In this document: piece by piece, positions 49,764 through 58,925 of the stretch
Layout of the letters: every line of letters begins with the position of its first letter
How positions within the stretch are numbered: position 1 is the first letter of the stretch
Assembly (NCBI GenBank): GCA_963667175.2
Contig: CAXXXF010000016.1
Coordinates: 256,001 to 320,000 of the forward strand
Origin: Candidatus Latescibacterota bacterium
GTDB taxonomy: Bacteria > Latescibacterota > UBA2968 > GCA-2709665
Direction: 5' to 3'
Length of the DNA stretch: 64,000 nt
Notes under the pieces: model-generated
The model's input: only the letters and a program-made list of their open reading frames with translations
Database searches by the model: none
What the model was told of the DNA's origin: nothing
Translations under genes and position numbers: made by a program

Positions 49764-49992
49764 TTTCGTCAGACCCGCGGTTACAGCTTCGAAACGGCCG
49801 TGGAAGCCGGCCGCTAAATGGAGATCGGGAATCGCGGGCTCGAGGCTTTGGCCGGGTCCGGCGAATGCTGGCCTGCGCGCGGCACGGAGGCGCGCTTTCC
49901 CGCCTGGCGGTCGCCCGTGGACGGCGCCGGAACAAGAAAGGCCGCCTCCGGCTGAGAGACGACCTTCACGTTGCAGCACCAGACTTGAATTG

Positions 49993-50793
49993 CTATTTCA
50001 AAAGCATCATTCGCCTGGACGCCGAGAAATCGGCGGCCTGCAGCCGATACAAGTAGATCCCGCTGGCGACCTGGCGTCCCAACTCGTCCCTGCCATCCCA
50101 GGTGGCTGTAAAGTGGCCCGCTTCGGTGCGCGCATCCAGCAGAACGCGAACTTCCTGACCAAGGAGATTATAGATGGCCAACCTGACCTGCCCGGCCTCC
50201 GCAATCTGATACTCGATCGTTGTGGAGGGATTGAACGGATTCGGCATATTCTGGCTCAGGGCCGTACGGTCCGGCAGTGGTTTCAGGTTTCCGATTTCAA
50301 TTTGCGTGAGCAGGTCGACGTTTCCATCGAGTCCGACAAGAACCCCCTCGGCAATCTGAAAATCCGTTGCCACCGGCGTTTGGGTGGTCTTGAAGACGAG
50401 TTCAACGAGAGCGCCCTCGCCGCTGGACCCGACGCCATCGACCTTCATGGCGCCGATATCCAACTTGCCGGGCGTCCTGTCAGACGACAGAAAGAGCGTA
50501 CTCTGTTCAGAACCGGATGACAGCAGATTTCCGTCGGCCTCCCGCGCTTCGAGAAACTCATACCTGGCAGGATCGTAGATCAGTGAGAATCCGTACCCCT
50601 TCAGGTTTTTGGCCTCTGCGAGCGATACGAGCAGTTTCAGGACACCCTCATCCGTGTCCTGTCCGTCCGCCCGCTCCAGCATCAATCTGGCGAATGAATT
50701 CTGACCGCCCGAAATATTCAATCCATCTGTCATTTCCCCGGCAGTCGCCGAACCTGCCAGAGCAAGTACGACCAGAACGATTGCCTTCCGCAT
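49993..50793 (-). CDS. secreted cohesin-like protein with C-terminal FlgD-Ig (PNPFNP) domain
   Basis: Signal peptide; GYGFSLIYDP..G.G.LVEL.F; QNMPNPFNPST..WDGRD..G..VASGIYLY; AAGGAGG RBS. Confidence 0.85.
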   Translation of the reverse strand: MRKAIVLVVLALAGSATAGEMTDGLNISGGQNSFARLMLERADGQDTDEGVLKLLVSLAEAKNLKGYGFSLIYDPARYEFLEAREADGNLLSSGSEQSTLFLSSDRTPGKLDIGAMKVDGVGSSGEGALVELVFKTTQTPVATDFQIAEGVLVGLDGNVDLLTQIEIGNLKPLPDRTALSQNMPNPFNPSTTIEYQIAEAGQVRLAIYNLLGQEVRVLLDARTEAGHFTATWDGRDELGRQVASGIYLYRLQAADFSASRRMMLLK

Positions 50794-50849
50794 AACCGCC
50801 TCCTTTCGGGACCCACGCGAACCGAAGTTTTCAATACGTCACGGCATGA

Positions 50850-50878
50850 AATTTACGATGTACGCCCGCCCGTGTCAA
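50850..50878 (-). promoter_or_regulatory. sigma70 promoter of the FlgD-Ig protein gene
   Basis: Minus strand TTGACA-N17-TAAATT. Confidence 0.55.
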
Positions 50879-51015
50879 CAGGGAATTACGACGGTATCTT
50901 CGCAAATATCCGAAATTTCCCAACGACTGGCGCTCCCGGCCACAAGCCGATAGCAGGCGGGGCGACGCAAGGGCGTTTCTTTCAAACCACGGCGCGGCCA
51001 GGTTCCGCTCCGGAA

Positions 51016-52539
51016 TCACAGGTCGTGAACGTCGCCACTGAAATAACGTCGAATCGCATCGACGAGTCCGGAGATGCCGATTTCCCGTCCGGCGGCCTGC
51101 GCGACAACCGGGAATCCCAGATTACAGGCGGTCTCGGCAGTCGTGGGTCCAATACATGCGGCGCGGAGCGTCCGCGGCAGTTCCGCCATTCCGAATTGCT
51201 TTAATAATTCTACGCAATTTTTTGCCGCAGAGGGACTTGAAAAGACAACCAGGTCCACTTCCCTTCGATTCAGGCGCGCAACGGTCTCGCTTGAAATGTG
51301 CGAGGGCATCACGGTTCGGTAGACGACGATCTCGCACACCCGCGCCCCCTGCGCACGCAATGCGTCGGGGACTGCTTTCCGACCTATATTGCCACGGGGA
51401 ATCAGCACGCGCTGGCCGGACACGCGTATTCCCGCGAACTGTTCCGCGAGGTCGGCCGCGGTGTGCTGACACGGGCACAAATCCACCAGGAGGCCGTAAC
51501 TCCGTATCCTCTCGGCGGTGGTCTGACCGACGGCGGCGATCCGGACGTCCGACAGACTTCGGAGGTCGCCATGTCTTACACGCACCCGCCGGAGAAATCG
51601 TTCCACCGCGTTGCCGCTTGCGAATACAAGCCAGTCAACGCGGTTCAACCTGCCAATCTCCACGTCGGCGGGCGTCCAGTCCGCCGGCTCCACGATCCGG
51701 ATGGCGGGGGCCACCAGGACCTCCGCTCCCAGCCCTGTCAGCATGCCATGCAGTTCTCCGGTGTGTTCCCGGCTGCGTGTCAACAGGATACGTCGTCCAA
51801 AGAGCGGCAGCCGCTCAAACCACGGAAAGTCCGATCCGGCGACTTCACCCACCACAATTGCCGCGGGACTGGCGGCCTCTGCCCCGGCTAGCGTGCCGAG
51901 CGTGCATCGGACGGTTTTCTGGCCCGGCAACGTGCCGTCTTGCACCACTGCAACGGGTGTATCGGCCGGTCGCCCGGCCTGGATCAATCGACGGGCGACC
52001 TCGCCCCGGTTTCGCACCGCCATCAGCACCACCAGCGTCCCGCCCAGCCGGCCCAGCGCCTGCCAGTCTACCTCCGGCAGGGCGTCCAGGGACTCCCGGT
52101 GACCCGTCAGAAAGGTCACGTGGGGTGCGATCGCGCGGTGCGTAACCGGAATACCCGCGTATGCGGGCGCTGCGATTGCGCTGGTTATCCCCGGAATGAC
52201 CTCAAACCGGATGCCTGCCTCCTCCAGCGTCGCCATTTCCTCTCCACCGCGCCCGAAAACGAAGGGGTCCCCGCCCTTCAGACGCACGACGTTGAGCCCT
52301 TTTTCAGCCCTGGCGACCATCAGGCGGTTGATCCGCTCCTGCTGTCGCGCTTGCGCGCCGGGTTGCTTGCCGACGTGGATCCGTTCACAGTGCAGCGGTG
52401 CTTCATCGAGCAGTGCGGAATTCGCCAGGCTGTCGTATAGAATGACATCTGCCTGCCGGATGCGGCGAAGGGCTTTTATTGTTATCAGTTCGGGATCGCC
52501 CGGGCCCGCGCCAACGAGAAAAACAGCGCCTTCCGACAT
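51016..52539 (-). CDS. cobA: uroporphyrinogen-III C-methyltransferase / uroporphyrinogen-III synthase fusion (CobA-HemD)
   Basis: VGAGPGDPELIT and RLKGGDPFVFGRGGEE, followed by a HemD domain (LFGRRILLTR, FSSPS, IGPTTA). Confidence 0.93.
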   Translation of the reverse strand: MSEGAVFLVGAGPGDPELITIKALRRIRQADVILYDSLANSALLDEAPLHCERIHVGKQPGAQARQQERINRLMVARAEKGLNVVRLKGGDPFVFGRGGEEMATLEEAGIRFEVIPGITSAIAAPAYAGIPVTHRAIAPHVTFLTGHRESLDALPEVDWQALGRLGGTLVVLMAVRNRGEVARRLIQAGRPADTPVAVVQDGTLPGQKTVRCTLGTLAGAEAASPAAIVVGEVAGSDFPWFERLPLFGRRILLTRSREHTGELHGMLTGLGAEVLVAPAIRIVEPADWTPADVEIGRLNRVDWLVFASGNAVERFLRRVRVRHGDLRSLSDVRIAAVGQTTAERIRSYGLLVDLCPCQHTAADLAEQFAGIRVSGQRVLIPRGNIGRKAVPDALRAQGARVCEIVVYRTVMPSHISSETVARLNRREVDLVVFSSPSAAKNCVELLKQFGMAELPRTLRAACIGPTTAETACNLGFPVVAQAAGREIGISGLVDAIRRYFSGDVHDL

Positions 52540-52605
52540 GATCGCCCCTGGTGTTCAGTCCCGGAACCGGCTGCGCCGCAGCCACAAAGGAAAACCGACT
52601 GCCAA

Positions 52606-53526
52606 CTAATCGAGCTCGCCCAGCATCTCCTTCGCACCCCGCGCGATCAGCAATTCCGAAAGCCTCCTGCCAACGTCAATGCATCCGTCCGGATCTCCCG
52701 TCGTCCGGGCGCGGACGACCCTGCTGCCGTCCGGAACCGCCACCATCCCGTCTGCGACGAGAACCCCCTCTTGCAGACGGGCCCACGCGCCGATTGGAAC
52801 CTGACATCCGCCATCGAGTTCATCCAGCAAGGCGCGCTCGGCGCCCACCGCGAGATGGGTGGAACGATCGTGCAAACAGCCCACGGCTTCTGCCACCCGA
52901 TCGTCGCACCGCCTGACTTCGATGCCGAGTGCGCCCTGTCCGGGCGCAGGTAGAAAGCGATGTGCGGGCAGAAACTCGTCAATGCGGTGTTGCAGTCCGA
53001 GCCGGAGCAGACCCGCAGCGGCCAGGACGACGGCCTCGAATTCTCCTTCGTTCAGTTTCCGGAGGCGTGTGTCCACGTTTCCACGAATCCCTTCGACGTT
53101 CAGGTCGGGTCTGACATGCCTCAACTGCGCCTGGCGTCTCAGACTGCCCGTGCCCACCACCGCGCCTTCCGGCAGGCCCTCGAGCCGTTGACCGGCGCGG
53201 CTCAGCAGTGCGTCCCGGACGTCGACCCGCGGGCTCGTGGCCTCCAGTCGCAATCCGTCGGGCAGCCGGGTGGGAAGATCCTTCATGGAGTGGACGGCCA
53301 GGTCGATCCGCCCATCGAGAAGCGCATCCTCGATTTCTCTGGTAAAAACACGTTTGCCGCCGATCCGGGCAACGGGATCGTTCAACGCCTGGTCGCCCGT
53401 GGTCCTGATGACTTCAATGCAAACATCGAGACCGGAATACGCGTGCAGCAGCATCTTTCGGGCCCACGACGCCTGTCGGAGAGCGAGGGGGCTGCCGCGA
53501 CTGCCGATCACAAGGCGAGTCAGCAT
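52606..53526 (-). CDS. hemC: hydroxymethylbilane synthase
   Basis: GSRGSPLAL.Q, AVHSMKD, GTGSLRR, RGNVDTRL and GGCQVPI. Confidence 0.96.
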   Translation of the reverse strand: MLTRLVIGSRGSPLALRQASWARKMLLHAYSGLDVCIEVIRTTGDQALNDPVARIGGKRVFTREIEDALLDGRIDLAVHSMKDLPTRLPDGLRLEATSPRVDVRDALLSRAGQRLEGLPEGAVVGTGSLRRQAQLRHVRPDLNVEGIRGNVDTRLRKLNEGEFEAVVLAAAGLLRLGLQHRIDEFLPAHRFLPAPGQGALGIEVRRCDDRVAEAVGCLHDRSTHLAVGAERALLDELDGGCQVPIGAWARLQEGVLVADGMVAVPDGSRVVRARTTGDPDGCIDVGRRLSELLIARGAKEMLGELD

Positions 53527-54845
53527 TCGGTCTGCACCCTCTCTACGGGTGCTTCCGGCGGAGACGGTTTCACCGCGCCCGCGGGGGTCGCTTCCAGGTC
53601 GAACAGCCGGACCAGCGCGTCGACGTAATTCAATGCTTCCCCCGAATCGGCGGCTTCACGAAGCCGTACCTGGGGAGCGTGCAACAGCTTGTTCATATAA
53701 AGCCTCAGAAGGGCAGCCACCTTCTCCTGCTGGATCTCCGTGAGATCCGATAACCTGGCACGATCGAGTTCTTCTTCCAAAAGTTCCTGAAACCTTTGTC
53801 GCATGGCCACAATTGCCGGCACCACGTCCAGCGAGTTCAGCCACGAAGCGAATCCGCTTACCTCTTCGTCCACAATCTTCCGGGCCTCCTCCGCCTCACG
53901 TCTCCTTTTCTTCATGTTTGCCCCGACCACGGCCTGCAGATCGTCGATGTCATAGAGAAAGACGTTGTAGAGTGCGCCGGCTTCCGGGTCGATGTCTCTC
54001 GGTACCGCAATATCGATGAGGAACATCGCGTCGTTCCTCCTCTGCTGCATCGCCCGCGCGACCCGTGGCTTTTTCAGGATCGGGACCGTCGCGCTGGTTG
54101 AACTGATCACGATGTCGGCGCGGTGGAGGCCATCCATCGCATCCCCCCATGACATCGCCTTCCCGTTCACACGTTTCGCCAGGTCGCGCGCCCGCGCGAA
54201 CGTCCGGCTGGCCACCGTCAGCCGCCCGACCCCCTTTTCCACAAGATGTCTGGCGGTCAATTCGCTCATTTCCCCCGCGCCCAATACCAGGGCCGTCCTT
54301 TCGTCCAGACTGCCCAGGATCTTCCCGGCCAGCGCCACCGCCGCAAAACTGACGGAAACCGCGCCGTCGGCGATCTCGGTTTCCGTCCGCGCCCTTTTGG
54401 AGGCCTCGACGGCCGAACGAAACAACCGGTTGAGAATGGCGCCGCTCGTACCCGCTTGCAGCGCCTGGGCGCCCGCGTCTTTTACCTGTCCTGCAATCTG
54501 CGGCTCGCCCATGATCATCGAATCCAGCCCCGACGCCACACCCAGCAGGTGTCGGACCGCGTCCGTGTCGTTCAGGGTGAACGTGTACCCGTCCAACTCA
54601 ACCGCGTCGATCCCGCTGGTACTGCTGAAAACGCCAAGCACGCCGGCGCGCGCGTTCTCGGGATCGTCCGACACGAGGTAGACCTCGGAGCGGTTGCAGG
54701 TTGAGATTAGACTGCATTCGTTCACGGTATCGAGCGCGTGCAATCGCTTAAGGACGGACCGATGCTGCTGTTCGGAGACCGACACGCGGTCCCGGATTTC
54801 CACCGAAGCCGTCCGGTGGTTCAATCCCACGACTACGATAGACAT
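53520..54845 (-). CDS. hemA: glutamyl-tRNA reductase
   Basis: GLNHRTA, STCNRSE, GEPQI.GQVK, GAGEM and DIAVPRD. Confidence 0.96.
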   Translation of the reverse strand: MSIVVVGLNHRTASVEIRDRVSVSEQQHRSVLKRLHALDTVNECSLISTCNRSEVYLVSDDPENARAGVLGVFSSTSGIDAVELDGYTFTLNDTDAVRHLLGVASGLDSMIMGEPQIAGQVKDAGAQALQAGTSGAILNRLFRSAVEASKRARTETEIADGAVSVSFAAVALAGKILGSLDERTALVLGAGEMSELTARHLVEKGVGRLTVASRTFARARDLAKRVNGKAMSWGDAMDGLHRADIVISSTSATVPILKKPRVARAMQQRRNDAMFLIDIAVPRDIDPEAGALYNVFLYDIDDLQAVVGANMKKRRREAEEARKIVDEEVSGFASWLNSLDVVPAIVAMRQRFQELLEEELDRARLSDLTEIQQEKVAALLRLYMNKLLHAPQVRLREAADSGEALNYVDALVRLFDLEATPAGAVKPSPPEAPVERVQTEC

Positions 54846-55474
54846 GCCTGCACTTTCCTGTCGAGTTCGTCCCATTGTTCCCGCCGGATCAGTTCCACCG
54901 TCTCCCAATTCACCAGCCGGTCCCACACCGCCTTTCGCCGCGCGGGACTATCGGGAAACCGCGCCATCACCCGTGGACGCAACCCGGCCAGATAGTCAAC
55001 CACGCCTCCGTGTTCTCGCCCGAGAACGTCCTCGAGGCGCCGCCTGACGAGACGCGCGTACGCAGGGCTGGCTCCGGCGGTCGAAACCGCCACCTGAAAC
55101 CCGCCGCGACGCAACGTCGCGGGCACGGAAAAGTCCCCCGGGCCCATGCCGTCCGAGCGGTTCACCGGAATGTCGTTTTCGCCGGCGGCCAGCACAACCT
55201 CCTCGTTCACAGACACGCGGTCCGTGGCAGCGAAGACCAGAAACGCTCCTCTCGTGTCATTTCGATTGAATGCGCGACGTTCCAGACGCACGCGTCCGGC
55301 GGCCGCCAGGCCTTCCAGAGAGCCGCATGCGGCGGGCGCGATCACGGTCACGTCCGCGCCCGCGGCGAGCAGGCCGCGTACTTTCCGATCGGCGACGGCG
55401 CCTCCGCCTGCCACGACGCATTTCCGGTTTCGCAGATCCAGAAAGACCGGATATTCAGCCCATTTGCCCGCCAT
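54833..55474 (-). CDS. precorrin-2 dehydrogenase/sirohydrochlorin ferrochelatase (SirC/CysG N-terminal)
   Basis: YPVFLDL, GGGAVA.RK and AVSTAGASP. Confidence 0.9.
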   Translation of the reverse strand: MAGKWAEYPVFLDLRNRKCVVAGGGAVADRKVRGLLAAGADVTVIAPAACGSLEGLAAAGRVRLERRAFNRNDTRGAFLVFAATDRVSVNEEVVLAAGENDIPVNRSDGMGPGDFSVPATLRRGGFQVAVSTAGASPAYARLVRRRLEDVLGREHGGVVDYLAGLRPRVMARFPDSPARRKAVWDRLVNWETVELIRREQWDELDRKVQACLS

Positions 55475-55494
55475 ATGCACTCGCGCACACTAAC

Positions 55495-56322
55495 CTACTG
55501 TGCCAGAACGTGTTTACCGGGAAACAGCAAACCCATAACCGGGAACGTGAACACCACGAGGACAAATCCCAGAATGGACATGAGTGCCGCACGTTTTCCC
55601 TGCCACCCCGCAATCCTTCTGGCAGCCAGATGTCCGGCATAGACAACCCATGTAACCAACAGAACCCAGAATGCCGGTTCGCTCCAGATCCAGAGCCGGT
55701 ACATCTTCTGGTGGACCCACACGGAACTCGCGACGATGCCAGCACTCAAGAATACGAAACCGAACGAAGCCGCACGGCCGTTGGTCTGGTCGAGGGTATC
55801 CAGCGGCGGCAGACGATCATAGAAAAAGCCCAGATGTTTCTTCTGAATCTCGCCGAGCAGCATCACGTACATTGTTGCACTGACGCTGGATATGGCAAAT
55901 GCCGCATAGGCGAGAATGTAGGCGAACACGTGGAGTTTGAACCACCCTCCCGTGTGCGCCACTCTTGGCGCGTCTTCAACGCCCATGAGGTTGGAGGCGA
56001 CAACGAGGTGCAGCACGGCCACGATGGGTACGACCAGCGCGCCCAGCGAACCGCGGCAGGTTCCGAATTCCAGATAGAGAAAGACAATGACAACCAGCCA
56101 GGCGCATAATGAAGGCAGCACCTGGCTGGATAAGGGAACCTGTCCTGTTGCAATCGCCATTCTGGCCAGCAACGTACTGTGCAGCACCCAGCCCACGATA
56201 AGGCTCCAGAAACCGAGCGAGCCCCCGAGGGCCTGCTTCCTGATAAAGTGTGTTGCGTAGGCGCACGCACTGACGACGTAGGCCACTCCCGCCCCCGTCA
56301 CCAGCAGATTCTGCAACCCCAT
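55495..56322 (-). CDS. CcsA/HemX-family cytochrome c assembly membrane protein
   Basis: About 8 TM helices, conserved His, RLPPLDTLD, WxW and GWQGKRAA; sits at the head of the hem operon. Confidence 0.82.
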   Translation of the reverse strand: MGLQNLLVTGAGVAYVVSACAYATHFIRKQALGGSLGFWSLIVGWVLHSTLLARMAIATGQVPLSSQVLPSLCAWLVVIVFLYLEFGTCRGSLGALVVPIVAVLHLVVASNLMGVEDAPRVAHTGGWFKLHVFAYILAYAAFAISSVSATMYVMLLGEIQKKHLGFFYDRLPPLDTLDQTNGRAASFGFVFLSAGIVASSVWVHQKMYRLWIWSEPAFWVLLVTWVVYAGHLAARRIAGWQGKRAALMSILGFVLVVFTFPVMGLLFPGKHVLAQ

Positions 56323-56472
56323 AACGTCGGACCCCAAAGTGAATCGGCGCGTGAAACCGGCCTCCGCACCACGCGCCTTCGGAACCGTCTGCGGCGTCAC
56401 TCCTCATTCGCCACCGGTCGTCCGGCTGCACCAGCCAGGACCCCTTTCCCGGACCGCTGCCGGACATTGAAT

Positions 56473-57672
56473 TTACACAATCCCGTCTGCCGAATCAATC
56501 GAAATTCGGCAGTTTCCGCCCGGTGCAACGACGCCGAGGACCACGGGTCTGGAGGCGCCCGTCGCCGCGTGCAGATTGCCGGTCCGGCCTTCCACCGTCG
56601 CATTCGCGAGTACCGCAAAGGCGATGGCCTCCTTTGCCTCCGACGGCACGCCCAGCGCATCCGTCTCGCAGATATCCACACCAGGAAGGGCGCCGCCCAG
56701 CATTTCCATCAGAACCGGGTTTCGTGCGCCGCCGCCACTGACGGCCATTCTCCCGACGGGGACGACAGGCAACACGAACCTCGTTAACGCATCCGCTATA
56801 CTTCGAGCCGTAAACGCGGTCGCGGTGGCGACAAGATCCTCATCGGGCAAGCGTCCACGCCACGCCAGGACGTCCCCAACCAGCGTTGCGCCGAACGCCT
56901 CCCGTCCAGTCGACTTGGGCGGCGCCTCTCTAAGAAAGGGATGGCGCATCAATTCTGCCAGCAGTGAATCGGATACGTTTCCGGAAGCGGCGTACGAGCC
57001 ATTCTCGTCGTAGGTCAGGCGTCCGCCGGTAAGGACCTCCGTCAGCGCGTCCATCAACATGTTTCCCGGCCCCGTGTCGAATGCCAGGACGTCTTCCGTG
57101 CCGCACCCCGCGGGCAACACGGTGACGTTTGAGATTCCGCCGATATTCAGCAACACGCGACCCTCGCTTACGGACCTGAACAGTAGACAATCCACCACGG
57201 GGACGAGCGGCGCCCCCTGCCCTCCGGCCGCCATGTCGCGCGCCCGAAAATCCGCGACCGTCGTGACGCCTGTGCGCTCCGCGATCACACTTGGGTCGGC
57301 GATTTGCAACGAGGATCGCGTCGTCACACCGAACCCGCAGTATGCATCGGGCAGGTGATGCACCGTCTGCCCATGCGAACCGATGAGGTCCACGCCGGAC
57401 ATCGCCACGCCGGCCTTTCGGCACACCTTAAAGGCGGATCTGGCAAACCACTCTCCAAGAATGACATGCATCCTGCATATTTTTTCCACGTTGCCACCCT
57501 GGGGCTCTGATACTTCAAGGATCTCTCTTCGCATTTCCCGCGGGTACGGCAATTCGGAAAACGCGACCAGCCGAACCCCGAATTCCGGACGCCCGACGTC
57601 GACGAGGGCCGCGTCGACCCCATCGGCTGACGTACCCGACATGAGCCCGATCACCCTGCGAAACGCGCTCAC
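56473..57672 (-). CDS. anmK: anhydro-N-acetylmuramic acid kinase
   Basis: GLMSGTSADGVD, GSHGQT, GGQGAPLVP, NIGGISN, FDTGPGN and KSTGRE; GTG start with GGAGG RBS. Confidence 0.95.
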   Translation of the reverse strand: MSAFRRVIGLMSGTSADGVDAALVDVGRPEFGVRLVAFSELPYPREMRREILEVSEPQGGNVEKICRMHVILGEWFARSAFKVCRKAGVAMSGVDLIGSHGQTVHHLPDAYCGFGVTTRSSLQIADPSVIAERTGVTTVADFRARDMAAGGQGAPLVPVVDCLLFRSVSEGRVLLNIGGISNVTVLPAGCGTEDVLAFDTGPGNMLMDALTEVLTGGRLTYDENGSYAASGNVSDSLLAELMRHPFLREAPPKSTGREAFGATLVGDVLAWRGRLPDEDLVATATAFTARSIADALTRFVLPVVPVGRMAVSGGGARNPVLMEMLGGALPGVDICETDALGVPSEAKEAIAFAVLANATVEGRTGNLHAATGASRPVVLGVVAPGGNCRISIDSADGIV

Positions 57673-57869
57673 GCACGATCCTCCATTCTTCATTGGTGAC
57701 GTCCGGACGACTTGACGTTCATCAGTCGGGAGGTGCCTTCCGCGATGCGAACCGATAGCCGAGCCGGCGCGATACCTGCCTTGACGCCGATGTTTTTCAG
57801 CGTGGTTCGAAACGGGACCCCGTCCGTCCCGGCGCGGATCAGACCCGACCCATGGGCTGCGGCGTCCGG

Positions 57870-58925
57870 TCAACGCGTACCCGAGCCGATATCCATGTCC
57901 GACGCCCTGCGCACTCCGCCAAGGAAATATCGGAAACCGACCGCACCGCGGTAGACCTTTTCGAAGACCTCCCGGTCGGCAACCACGCGCACCCGTTGCG
58001 CGTCTCTCCGTCGACGCAGTATCGCCACCGGGTGAAACAATACCCACAAAAGACCGCAAAGCGCCGCCGCCGGCCGCATCCAGTCACGCTTCACAATACC
58101 GAGCAGTACAGTACCCAGTTCCATCAGGACTCGCGCCGGAAACACCCATGCCAGCGAGAGCGCGGACAGGTTCTTCAACACCATCACCAACTGATTCCTG
58201 TGGTTCAGATATGCCTTCCTGAAAGCCTTCGCATCCAGAGACCAGCCACCATAGTGATAGACCAGCGACTCCGGAACGGATTTCACTTTGTACCCCACGA
58301 GATGGAAACGCCAGCACAGGTCGATTTCCTCCATGTGCATATAAAACCCCTCGTCCATGAGTCCGGTTTTCCTCAGGCATCGCACCCGAAGGAACATGGC
58401 GCCGCCAACCGCCCAGAAAATGTCCCGAGATCGATCGTACTGACCACGATCCTCCTCGACCGTTTGAAACAGCCGGCCCAGACAGAAGGTGTATCCGAGC
58501 ATGTCCATCATCCCGCCCGCAGCCCCGCCGTAGTCGAATTTTCCGCGTTCACGAAGCGACCGCACCTTGGGTTGGCACACGCCTAGCTGCGGGTCGGCTT
58601 CCATTGCGGCCAACAGCGGCGGCAACCAGCCATCGGCGACTTCGACGTCGTTATTCAATAGCAGCGCATATTCTCCGCGCGCCACCTCCAGCCCGCGGTT
58701 GCAACCCGCACCCATACCCTTCCCGCCCCCTACGCTCACGACGCGGATCCCGGGAAACCGCGCCTGCGCACGCTGAAGGCTTCCGTCGTCGTACGGTCGG
58801 TCGTCGGCGACGATGACCTCGAAAGGCACGCCGGTCGTTCTCGAATACAGAAAATCCAGGCACTTCACGAGTACGTCCCCCAGAAAATGCGGCACGATCA
58901 CAGACACCACGGTGTCAGTGGCCAT
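57870..58925 (-). CDS. glycosyltransferase family 2
   Basis: LLNNDVEV, GGAMF, EEIDLCWR and VYH.GG. Confidence 0.9.
   Translation of the reverse strand: MATDTVVSVIVPHFLGDVLVKCLDFLYSRTTGVPFEVIVADDRPYDDGSLQRAQARFPGIRVVSVGGGKGMGAGCNRGLEVARGEYALLLNNDVEVADGWLPPLLAAMEADPQLGVCQPKVRSLRERGKFDYGGAAGGMMDMLGYTFCLGRLFQTVEEDRGQYDRSRDIFWAVGGAMFLRVRCLRKTGLMDEGFYMHMEEIDLCWRFHLVGYKVKSVPESLVYHYGGWSLDAKAFRKAYLNHRNQLVMVLKNLSALSLAWVFPARVLMELGTVLLGIVKRDWMRPAAALCGLLWVLFHPVAILRRRRDAQRVRVVADREVFEKVYRGAVGFRYFLGGVRRASDMDIGSGTR

Noticed and set aside
51016-56322. ccsA-sirC-hemA-hemC-cobA/hemD operon with a fused CobA-HemD
   Set aside because: A well-known arrangement in bacteria using siroheme-linked tetrapyrrole synthesis; not novel.
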